IMG/VR virus record: IMGVR_UViG_3300024348_000005
Location: 83,744-147,743 of that record
DNA length: 64,000 nucleotides
Strand: one strand, 5' to 3'
From: a virus
Shown here: positions 48,583-56,966 of the stretch, in pieces
Layout of the letters: each line of letters starts with the position of its first letter
How positions within the stretch are numbered: position 1 is the stretch's first letter
The notes under the pieces: generated by a model
The model's database searches: none
Told to the model about the DNA's origin: nothing
What the model saw: only the letters and a program-made list of their open reading frames with translations
Program-made: the position numbers and the translations under genes

Positions 48583-50079
48583 ATGAGAACAGTATTAATA
48601 GGTTCGGACTTTATGTACGATCAGGATGGTAATTTAAAACCCATTGAAATAAACACCGCAGTTGGTTGGGATAATGCATCTAAAGTTGAACATGATGTGG
48701 ATTCTTTGGATTTAACAAATTTATACCAATTTGTTACTGATAATAACTTCCAAAATATACATTATGTAGGTGATATACAATATTTCCATAAAACATTAGA
48801 AACACACTATACAGGAAGTTCCGTTACATATGAATACCACGCAATCGGTGGTTTGTCGATTACTATTCCATTTATAGAGGATAATGATGAAACATTGATT
48901 ATCAGAAGTGCATATGATACAACAGCGTTGGTAGATGATACCTATTGTAGAGATAAGGTTGAATTTATGAAACTTATCCAATCTCAATCATTCGGTTCAC
49001 AATTTGCTTACATAGATGAAAACAATACTTTAATTAATACCATAACAACAATACCAGATAATGGTGTACATCCGAATTTTATTCTAAAATCAAGGTATCC
49101 TGGTTATGATAAAGAGGTTTATCCTAAATTTTATAAAGTAACAACACAAGAAGAATTAGATGTGGTTTTAGAAAATGTAACATCTGATTACTTCTTAATG
49201 GAGAATTATTGTAACACTACTAATAATTACGAAGGACATATAAAGATAATTAGAAGTTTAAATATATTATATCCACCGACATTAGAATCAATTCAAATTG
49301 GACAATATACCAAATTGAATGAAAACGTATTTTTTTCTGAAGTAGAATATAACTCAGAAACCCATGAGATAAATTCAGAATATAGAGATAGTTACACAAC
49401 TAACACAAATGGTAGATGGCTACCTAAACTATTAGATACGGATATGGTCGAAATGGGCGATGGTACATTTAAAACTGCGTTAGATTTAAATGTTGATGAT
49501 GTAATTAAAACAATAGATATTCCAAATCCAAATGGTATTGATAATTCATCCTATGTTGGAAATTTTGGAATATCATACGAAACATTACTAAGTGGTACAA
49601 CGTATTCAACAAATAAAATTATTGCATTAAAGAGAGTTAATAAATTATCATATTTTTATCAATTAACTTTTGATGATGATAGTACTTGGGAGGATACCGG
49701 AGTTTCTTCGTATTTGATTGAAAGAAATAACGAAGTTCAATTTGAACATTTATTTGATGTGGTAAATGGAGATGTGGTTTTATTGTTAAACACAACGGAC
49801 GGGTTAATGGATTTTGTTAGAAAAACAATAGTGTCTGTTGTTCAAGTTAAAAAGGTATTTACCGGTTGGTTTATTTCAGTAGAAAGAGCACACTTATTTT
49901 TAACTAAGACCACATCAACAAATAACGAATCATTTGTTTCTATTGAACATAATGGACCAGCATGTCCAGTGGGATGTTGTTCCGCTTCATGTCCAACGTG
50001 TCCCAAATCCGAACCTCAATGCTCTGGTCCAGTATGGGCTCCAACATGTAATGGTTATTCGGGAATATGTTACTCATAA
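48583..50079 (+). CDS. Circularly permuted ATP-grasp-like / Hint domain / Cys-rich peptide fusion
   Basis: DFMYDQDGNLKPIEINT, NFILKS, FLMENY (CP ATP-grasp-like); Hint blocks ending IEHN; then GPACPVGCCSASCPTCPKSEPQCSGPVWAPTCNGYSGICYS. Confidence 0.7.
   Translation: MRTVLIGSDFMYDQDGNLKPIEINTAVGWDNASKVEHDVDSLDLTNLYQFVTDNNFQNIHYVGDIQYFHKTLETHYTGSSVTYEYHAIGGLSITIPFIEDNDETLIIRSAYDTTALVDDTYCRDKVEFMKLIQSQSFGSQFAYIDENNTLINTITTIPDNGVHPNFILKSRYPGYDKEVYPKFYKVTTQEELDVVLENVTSDYFLMENYCNTTNNYEGHIKIIRSLNILYPPTLESIQIGQYTKLNENVFFSEVEYNSETHEINSEYRDSYTTNTNGRWLPKLLDTDMVEMGDGTFKTALDLNVDDVIKTIDIPNPNGIDNSSYVGNFGISYETLLSGTTYSTNKIIALKRVNKLSYFYQLTFDDDSTWEDTGVSSYLIERNNEVQFEHLFDVVNGDVVLLLNTTDGLMDFVRKTIVSVVQVKKVFTGWFISVERAHLFLTKTTSTNNESFVSIEHNGPACPVGCCSASCPTCPKSEPQCSGPVWAPTCNGYSGICYS
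49426..49953 (+). other. Hint (intein-like) domain lacking the N-terminal nucleophile
   Basis: KLLDTDMVEMGDGTFKTALDLNVDD aligns to CFxxGTxVxMxDGxxKxIxDLxVGD with Cys1 replaced by Lys; LTFDDDSTWEDT; DVVNGD; ISVERAHLF...IEHN. Confidence 0.7.
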
Positions 50080-50100
50080 AATAATAAAAATTAAAATAAT

Positions 50101-50190
50101 ATGGCAACTATAATAACAAACACAGAAATCAACGTTCTAAATACAACTTTAACTACCATTGGTAATTTAATTGTAACCGCAAATAGTTAA
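50101..50190 (+). CDS. 29-aa Thr/Asn/Ile-rich peptide (not in ORF track)
   Basis: MATIITNTEINVLNTTLTTIGNLIVTANS; fills the intergenic gap after an A-rich leader. Confidence 0.55.
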   Translation: MATIITNTEINVLNTTLTTIGNLIVTANS

Positions 50191-50208
50191 CTCTAAAAAT
50201 AATAGGTT

Positions 50209-50739
50209 ATGGTTTATTTCATTCCCAATGTACTTTCAAAGGTGGAGTGTGAATTCTTGTCTAAACAATTTGATATTGAAAAAATAAATCACGCTTCTGG
50301 TGATAAAGTAGTAGATACAAATGCTTCCTTTGGGTTTAGACCTTCATATAATTTTGATAAATATTTAGATATTCTAAAACCAAAAGTATTAGAATTCAAT
50401 AATGAAATCGAACACTTAGATAATGTAAACACATATGTTAGAGAGTATTTCAATAGTGCATTTTTAACAAAACATATAGATAGAACAGATATAAGTGTAA
50501 CAATGTCAATATGTTTAGAGTCAACAATAAATAAAGAATGGCCGCTATTTGTAGAAATAGATGGTAAGGAATATTCACATCACACAAATGTGGGTGATGG
50601 AATAATATTATTTGATGCTGATAAAAACGTTCATTGGAGAAATCCTTTAGAATGTGACGAAACCCAAAGAGTATTACAATTTTTTCTACATTGGATGCCA
50701 ATTAATTATGTTGCAAAGAAAAATAAATCATTAATATAA
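50209..50739 (+). CDS. 2OG-Fe(II) oxygenase
   Basis: LTKHIDR, SVTMSICL, WPLF, HWR; ends KSLI. Confidence 0.8.
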   Translation: MVYFIPNVLSKVECEFLSKQFDIEKINHASGDKVVDTNASFGFRPSYNFDKYLDILKPKVLEFNNEIEHLDNVNTYVREYFNSAFLTKHIDRTDISVTMSICLESTINKEWPLFVEIDGKEYSHHTNVGDGIILFDADKNVHWRNPLECDETQRVLQFFLHWMPINYVAKKNKSLI

Positions 50740-51347
50740 TGTTAGATGCAATAAAATTTTCAGAAGAATTATCAATATATACCACAAAAATTAGTGATAT
50801 TGATAATGAACAACTTTCTAAAGATTTAGAATTGAATTGTAATATAAATAAAAACTTAATTAAGGGTGATAATATTCCGGGTATACAATCTGATATTATT
50901 ATAACTTCTAAAAATATCCAAGATTTAGAAATTAAAATTATAAAAATAATAAAAGATTTTTTAAAACTAAAGGATGATTATGTAATATATAAGTGGTATT
51001 GGACATACATTAGTGATTCTAATAATACACTATCAAAATATCATAACCATGTAACAAATTATAATATTGAATATTCAAGAGAAATTCCACAATGGTCATT
51101 AGTTTATTATGCAAGTTTCCCCAATAATTTGGAAGGGAATGATGGCATGTCATTATTCCAAACAAAATCAGGTGAAGAATTTTCAATATTACCCGAAGAA
51201 AGTCAGATAATAATATTTCCATCGGATGTACTACATAAACCCGGATTGAATAAAAATTCTACTAAAAAAAGAATAGTTTTTGCAGCTAACGTAGCAATTT
51301 TAGATACAAATAAAGAATATTCTAAAAAACAAAAATCATTAATATAA
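50739..51347 (+). CDS. 2OG-Fe(II) oxygenase-like protein (HxH type)
   Basis: YHNH, WSLVYY, IFPS.VLH, RIVFAAN; ends KSLI. Confidence 0.7.
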   Translation: MLDAIKFSEELSIYTTKISDIDNEQLSKDLELNCNINKNLIKGDNIPGIQSDIIITSKNIQDLEIKIIKIIKDFLKLKDDYVIYKWYWTYISDSNNTLSKYHNHVTNYNIEYSREIPQWSLVYYASFPNNLEGNDGMSLFQTKSGEEFSILPEESQIIIFPSDVLHKPGLNKNSTKKRIVFAANVAILDTNKEYSKKQKSLI

Positions 51348-51353
51348 AAAGTT

Positions 51354-51926
51354 ATGTCGTTTACATATAAATCTATATCAAATTTATTAACAAAAGAAGA
51401 ATGTAATTTAGTTCTAAATTTCACATTAGAAAATTTAATATTAAAACCTGCTGAAATTGTAGGAGATAATAATCACAATTACGATGCTAGAAAATCAAAT
51501 GTGGTGTTTTATCCATATTATCAAAAATTTTCATTTATTTTAGAAAAAATATCTAAATTATTAGATGAAAATATTTTAATAAAAGGATTTGACTTAGATT
51601 ACAAAAATAGTCAATTCCAATTCACAGAATATAAAATTGGGGATTACTTTGCGTGGCATAAAGATATTACAGGAAATGAAGTTACACAATATGATAGATA
51701 TTGTTCGTTAGTTATACAATTAAATGATGAATATGAAGATGGTGATTTAGAATTAAAATTATCGGATGATTCAATAATGAAAGTAGAAAAGGGAATAGGT
51801 AATACTATTGTTTTTTTATCAGATATTGAACACAGAGTAACTGGTGTTAAAAATGGTAATAGATATACATTAGTTAATTGGGTTGGTTTAAAAAAAACCA
51901 ATAATTATAAAAAAACACTATTATAA
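51354..51926 (+). CDS. 2OG-Fe(II) oxygenase, prolyl-4-hydroxylase/PKHD-like
   Basis: QFTEY, WHKD, YEDGDL, HRVT.V..G.RY.LV.W; ends KTLL. Confidence 0.85.
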   Translation: MSFTYKSISNLLTKEECNLVLNFTLENLILKPAEIVGDNNHNYDARKSNVVFYPYYQKFSFILEKISKLLDENILIKGFDLDYKNSQFQFTEYKIGDYFAWHKDITGNEVTQYDRYCSLVIQLNDEYEDGDLELKLSDDSIMKVEKGIGNTIVFLSDIEHRVTGVKNGNRYTLVNWVGLKKTNNYKKTLL

Positions 51927-51927
51927 T

Positions 51928-52224
51928 ATGATAGATTTCAAAGAAATTTCAACTGCGTGGTACAATACACTTATACATTCTAATGAATTAAAAAAATTAG
52001 CAGATAATAGGTTTGATATTTGTTTAGAATGCCCATCTAAGCAAGAAATGTTTAAAGGAAAGGAATGGTCCCTCAGATGTGGAGAATGTGGTTGCCCATT
52101 AAAAGGTAAAGTATATACCCCAAAAACATATTTAGATAAAAAGGGGTCGTGTCCATTAGGAAAATGGAAAGAAGTTGAAGATGAATATTTAAAAAGTTTT
52201 AAAAAATCTAAAACTATTATATAA
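51928..52224 (+). CDS. Small Cys-rich metal-binding protein (DUF6171-like)
   Basis: RFDICLECP...CGECGCPL..K...CPLGKW; ends KTII. Confidence 0.7.
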   Translation: MIDFKEISTAWYNTLIHSNELKKLADNRFDICLECPSKQEMFKGKEWSLRCGECGCPLKGKVYTPKTYLDKKGSCPLGKWKEVEDEYLKSFKKSKTII

Positions 52225-52226
52225 CA

Positions 52227-52907
52227 ATGTCCCATTTAATTAATAATGAACTTATTTGGGTTTCAATTCCAAAGTGCGCTAGTTACTCCATTGAAAGGTC
52301 ATTAAGAAACTCAAAATTAAATTTAGAATTAATTGAACCAAATGACAAAACACTTCATTTTCACATACCTCTAAATCAATGTTTAGAACGATGGGGCGAT
52401 AAAGAAACTGTTTGTATAACTCGTAATTGGTTATTTAGATGGTTAAGTGCCTTAAATTTTATTTGGGATAACATAGAATTTGAAAGCGAATATAATGCAA
52501 TTCGTAATTGGGAGGATGTTGATAATGAATATATCTATAAAACATTTGATACCGATTTTTTAAATAATTTACATTTGTTGAGTAATGATTATGATGGATT
52601 TAGGAAATGCTGGTTTAAACTGGTAAAAGAAAATTTTGAATGTGAATTACCAATTCGAGGTGCGGTTGACACTTTACTTTCTCAAAGATTTTACAAATCT
52701 AATAAAAAATGCACCTACGAATTTGATATTAGTGAGATTGATAAATTTATAGATTTTATAGAAGATAAGTTTGGTGAAAGATTGATTATAAATCACACAA
52801 ATAGAACATCTAAGAGACCAAATAAGATAATCGTAAATGATGAATTAAAATCATTTATTTGGGATAATTTCGAAAAAAGATTTGAAAAGGGAAATTATTT
52901 AATATAA
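52227..52907 (+). CDS. Sulfotransferase family 2-like protein
   Basis: WVSIPKCASYSI (5'-PSB loop), RN...RWLS (3'-PB); ends NYLI. Confidence 0.7.
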   Translation: MSHLINNELIWVSIPKCASYSIERSLRNSKLNLELIEPNDKTLHFHIPLNQCLERWGDKETVCITRNWLFRWLSALNFIWDNIEFESEYNAIRNWEDVDNEYIYKTFDTDFLNNLHLLSNDYDGFRKCWFKLVKENFECELPIRGAVDTLLSQRFYKSNKKCTYEFDISEIDKFIDFIEDKFGERLIINHTNRTSKRPNKIIVNDELKSFIWDNFEKRFEKGNYLI

Positions 52908-53638
52908 TGATAGTAGATAAAAAATTTATTTTTATAAGTCTACCAAGATGTGCATCAACATCATTTATGATTACGTGCCTTAAAAACAAAATACCAATAG
53001 AACATCTTAATTCAAATTTTGATAATCAGTTGATTAAGATAAATGAATGGGAAAAAATGAATAATGAAGAATTATCTGATAGTTTACTACACGCGCATGA
53101 GCCATTATATAAATTACAAGAGAAATTTGGGGTAACCAATCAAATTATTTCAATAAGAAGAAACAATTACGATAGATTTTTATCTTTATGGAAACATATC
53201 ATAGATGAATTATATAGAATCAAAAAACTTGATATTGCGGATATATTTTCAAAACTAACAACTAATCATATATTTGAAAATATTAAATCAAATGACATTT
53301 ATAATTCAGAAAATAGATATAAAGTTATTGATAATTTTTTAACTAAATTAGAAATTTCAAAAAAAGAATCTTATATCAAAAATATGTTAGATATATTATT
53401 TACACCAATAGTTGAACTCACAAATGGTAATCCAAATATTATTTGGTTTGATATTGATAATTTAGTGGAATTAGAAAATTGGGTATCAAAAAAATTAAAT
53501 AAGGATTTTAAAATGGAAAAAATAAACTCAAGTAAACAATTTGAGTGTGCAATAGAAATCAATGATGATTTTAAACAAAAATATGATAATCTTTATAAAG
53601 AATTCGAACAAAGAAAAATAAATAAAACATTAATTTAA
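52907..53638 (+). CDS. Sulfotransferase family 2-like protein
   Basis: FIFISLPRCASTS, RRNNYDRFLS; ends KTLI. Confidence 0.7.
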   Translation: MIVDKKFIFISLPRCASTSFMITCLKNKIPIEHLNSNFDNQLIKINEWEKMNNEELSDSLLHAHEPLYKLQEKFGVTNQIISIRRNNYDRFLSLWKHIIDELYRIKKLDIADIFSKLTTNHIFENIKSNDIYNSENRYKVIDNFLTKLEISKKESYIKNMLDILFTPIVELTNGNPNIIWFDIDNLVELENWVSKKLNKDFKMEKINSSKQFECAIEINDDFKQKYDNLYKEFEQRKINKTLI

Positions 53639-54109
53639 GTGGAAATTTATAAAAACATATTAACAAATGATTTTTGTGATACTTTAATTGAAAAAATTAA
53701 GAATCAATGTGTGTTAAGTGAATCACATAAAACAGATTGGTTTGTTTGGTTAATATGGGGCCAACAAGGTATTCAACTACTTGATAGAGAAAAGTGGAAT
53801 GAAGAAATTTATAATATGATAATAAATGAGTTGGATAAATGTAATTTTCCTAAACATAAAATAATGTGGTTACAAATGACGGAATACAAAGATGGTAGGT
53901 GGTTACGAAGACACATGGATGGTGCAGGAAACAAAACATCAATAATTTTGTTATCCAATGGGTTTGTAGGTGGAGATACCTATATAAATGATAGAGTTGT
54001 AAATTTAGAAAAAGGTGATGGTGTTGTATTTGCTGGCGGTCACCAATATCACGAAATAAAACCAGTAACGAAAGGAACACGATACGCATTAAATTTTTGG
54101 TTTCATTAA
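53639..54109 (+). CDS. 2OG-Fe(II) oxygenase, prolyl-4-hydroxylase-like
   Basis: HMD, FVGGDT, HEIKPVTKGTRY. Confidence 0.85.
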   Translation: MEIYKNILTNDFCDTLIEKIKNQCVLSESHKTDWFVWLIWGQQGIQLLDREKWNEEIYNMIINELDKCNFPKHKIMWLQMTEYKDGRWLRRHMDGAGNKTSIILLSNGFVGGDTYINDRVVNLEKGDGVVFAGGHQYHEIKPVTKGTRYALNFWFH

Positions 54110-54118
54110 TAATATATT

Positions 54119-55162
54119 ATGGTAGATTTAAAAAACTATACATGCAACGTACCATTCACCTCATTAGAAGTACATAATAATGTATGTTTTGTTTGTTGTC
54201 CATCTTGGTTACCCAATAAAGTAGAACTTAGTGAAATTCCACTAAAAGATGTTTTTAATAGTGAACCAATTATTGATATTAGAAATTCTATTTTAGATGG
54301 TTCATTTAAGTATTGTAGTAAAGAACTTTGTCCCTATTTAAGTAAATTGGTAAACTATGGCGTAACATCAGGACCTGTTACTTTAAACTCGGATTCAAAC
54401 ATTAATAGTCCGATTGTAGAAAATAATACACCTGATTATTTAGTAATGAATTTTGATAGGACTTGTAATTATAAATGTCCATCATGTAGAGTAGATTTGA
54501 TTGTTGAAGATAGTAAAGGTATAAGACGTGTTGAAAAAACGATTGAGGATATTGATAAATATTATTCACAGCATGTAAAAACATTATACATTACTGGCTC
54601 TGGCGACCCATTTGTATCTGTTGGATTCCGAAATTATTTAAGAAATTTTAATCCTAAAAAATATCCTAATTTAAAATCCATACATCTTCATACTAACGCA
54701 TCTATGTGGAATAAAGAAATGTGGGACAGTATGCCAAACGTACACAAATACGTTCATACTTGTGAAATTAGTATAGATGCGGGTACAAAAGATACTTACG
54801 AAAATAAAACAAGAATAGGTGGTAATTGGGATAACTTATTGGGTAATTTAAAATTTATTAACACCCTACCAAATATGAATGTAAAAACATCCTTCGTTGT
54901 ACAAGATACAAATTATACCGAAATGGAAACATTTTATAATTTGATGTATTCTATTTTTGATAAAAAGGTAAATGTATTTTTTGGTAAGATAACTAATTGG
55001 GGGACATTTTCAGAAGGTGAATTTAAATTAAAACAAGTGTGGGATATAGAACATCCAGAACACCAGTTATTTAAAAAAGAGTTTAATAAAATATGGAAAA
55101 ACACAAATCTATTTCACAATCTATATGAGTTTATTGATACTACAAATAAAACGTTAATATAA
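54119..55162 (+). CDS. Radical SAM enzyme with N-terminal auxiliary Cys cluster
   Basis: CNVPF..VCCP...CSKELCP; CNYKCPSC; GSGDPF; ends KTLI. Confidence 0.85.
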   Translation: MVDLKNYTCNVPFTSLEVHNNVCFVCCPSWLPNKVELSEIPLKDVFNSEPIIDIRNSILDGSFKYCSKELCPYLSKLVNYGVTSGPVTLNSDSNINSPIVENNTPDYLVMNFDRTCNYKCPSCRVDLIVEDSKGIRRVEKTIEDIDKYYSQHVKTLYITGSGDPFVSVGFRNYLRNFNPKKYPNLKSIHLHTNASMWNKEMWDSMPNVHKYVHTCEISIDAGTKDTYENKTRIGGNWDNLLGNLKFINTLPNMNVKTSFVVQDTNYTEMETFYNLMYSIFDKKVNVFFGKITNWGTFSEGEFKLKQVWDIEHPEHQLFKKEFNKIWKNTNLFHNLYEFIDTTNKTLI

Positions 55163-55659
55163 TGAAAATTTTATTAATTACTTTACCTAGAACCGGGTCA
55201 ACCTCATTATTAAAAAAAATATCCAAAGAACAAAAACTAAATTCAATAAGTGAACCATTCAACAATGTTAATGGTAATTCGGAAAAATACAAATATTATA
55301 ATTGGAAAAGTACAAACGATATATGTGTTAAAACACATATAAATCACAAAGACATACCATTTTATTTAGAGTTTATTAAATTTTTTGATGAAGTGATTTT
55401 ATTATCCAGAAAAGATTTAAACGCATGTGCAGAAAGTTTATCTTACGCAAACCATTTTCAAAGTTTTACGGAAAAATATAAATGGATTAAGACACCCAAT
55501 CTTAATGAAAATATTAAATTAGTAAAAGAATTTAATGAAGAATTAGAAAAACTATCCAAATTAACCAATATTAAAATTTCATATTATGAGGAATTGTTTG
55601 ATTCAGAATCGGAAGATAAATTAAGAAAAAATGATATTAAAAGAGAAAATCTTATTTAG
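55162..55659 (+). CDS. Sulfotransferase-like (P-loop) protein
   Basis: LPRTGSTSL, SEPF, VKTH, LSRKD....ES, YYEEL; ends ENLI. Confidence 0.65.
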   Translation: MKILLITLPRTGSTSLLKKISKEQKLNSISEPFNNVNGNSEKYKYYNWKSTNDICVKTHINHKDIPFYLEFIKFFDEVILLSRKDLNACAESLSYANHFQSFTEKYKWIKTPNLNENIKLVKEFNEELEKLSKLTNIKISYYEELFDSESEDKLRKNDIKRENLI

Positions 55660-56131
55660 TAAGGAGGAGTGTGAATCTATAATATCATATAACGACACAC
55701 ATATTACAAATTGGTTAATGGGAGATAGAAAATACAATTCACAACCAATTAATTATTCATTAGAAACCAAATGGTTATTTGATAAATTAAAAGAATTTGT
55801 TGAAGAAAATACTGATATTAAAATAAAGAAAATTAAAGAAACAATACATTTTCATAAATTTACAAAAGATGATTGGTTTGGAAAACATAACGATATTAGA
55901 GATAATAGATTATATGCTGTGGGAGTTTTATTAAACGATGAATTTGAAGGGGGTGATTTTAAATTATACAACCCAAATCAAATTATATTAGATAAAGTTA
56001 TTGGAAATACATATTTATTTGATGTAAGAATAGACCACGAAATAACACCAATTTTAGAAGGTGAACGATATTCTTTATTATGGTTTTTAGAAAATGAACA
56101 TATAAAAATAGAAACAAATAAATTAATATGA
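55631..56131 (+). CDS. 2OG-Fe(II) oxygenase
   Basis: HND, LNDEFEGGDF, HEITPILEGERY; ends NKLI. Confidence 0.85.
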   Translation: MILKEKILFSKEECESIISYNDTHITNWLMGDRKYNSQPINYSLETKWLFDKLKEFVEENTDIKIKKIKETIHFHKFTKDDWFGKHNDIRDNRLYAVGVLLNDEFEGGDFKLYNPNQIILDKVIGNTYLFDVRIDHEITPILEGERYSLLWFLENEHIKIETNKLI

Positions 56132-56934
56132 ACCCATTAGAATATTGGAATTCAGAAGGATTTGAAATTTCATCTTATATGTATTCATTAAGGGGAAGAG
56201 TAAATAAAACATACAGAACTTCCGGTAGTGATAATACCGAAAAATGTACCTACACCTATAATGAATTAGGATTTAGGGGTGATAGTATAAAAAAAGAAGG
56301 TTTTAAAGTCATGTCATTAGGATGTTCAAATACCGAAGGTGTTGGAGTAAATCATTATGAAACATGGCCATCTCAATTCACATCATTAATACCAAACGGT
56401 ATTAATATGAATTTTGGTACGGGGGGTAGAAGTAATGATTTCATTACTAGATGTCTATTAACATATTATGATATAATAAAACCTGATTTGGTATTAATAA
56501 TGTATACAGATCCATTTAGAAGAGAATTTTATACTAAAGATGGTGGGATAGAACCCTTTATGCCAACAGTATCTTGGGGATATTTGAAAGAAACAGATGA
56601 CGGTGTTAAAACACAAGAATATTTAACTTATTTACAAAATAATAACGAGGACATAATAAATTGGCATAAAAATCATTTATTAATAAAGTATTTTTTAGAA
56701 TCAAAAAAATGTAATTGGATATGGAATGGTTTTTTCAATATACCAAAAGATTGTAATGAATTTAATAGATTTGATGGCGATTACGATATGCCTTTTTTGG
56801 ATTTTGGAGTTGATGGGGTACATCCAGGTCCAAACCACAATAAAACATACGCTCATAAATTGTATAATTTCATATCAAAAAATTTCCCACATTACATATA
56901 TTACTTACCCAAAAATAAACAAAGTTTGATTTGA
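56128..56934 (+). CDS. SGNH-like protein
   Basis: YNELGFRG, LGCSNTEGVG, NFGTGGRSN, DGVHPG; ends QSLI. Confidence 0.7.
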   Translation: MNPLEYWNSEGFEISSYMYSLRGRVNKTYRTSGSDNTEKCTYTYNELGFRGDSIKKEGFKVMSLGCSNTEGVGVNHYETWPSQFTSLIPNGINMNFGTGGRSNDFITRCLLTYYDIIKPDLVLIMYTDPFRREFYTKDGGIEPFMPTVSWGYLKETDDGVKTQEYLTYLQNNNEDIINWHKNHLLIKYFLESKKCNWIWNGFFNIPKDCNEFNRFDGDYDMPFLDFGVDGVHPGPNHNKTYAHKLYNFISKNFPHYIYYLPKNKQSLI

Positions 56935-56959
56935 CATTTTGATAGATTTTCATTATATT
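56931..56959 (+). promoter_or_regulatory. Sigma70-like promoter TTGACA-N17-TATATT
   Basis: Perfect -35 and 17-nt spacer, about 8 nt before ATG 56967. Confidence 0.7.
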
Positions 56960-56966
56960 ATGGTAT

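Noticed and set aside
49426-49953. A conventional mobile intein
   Set aside because: It has no Cys/Ser at position 1, no block-B His, Gly at +1 and no homing endonuclease, so splicing is not supported.
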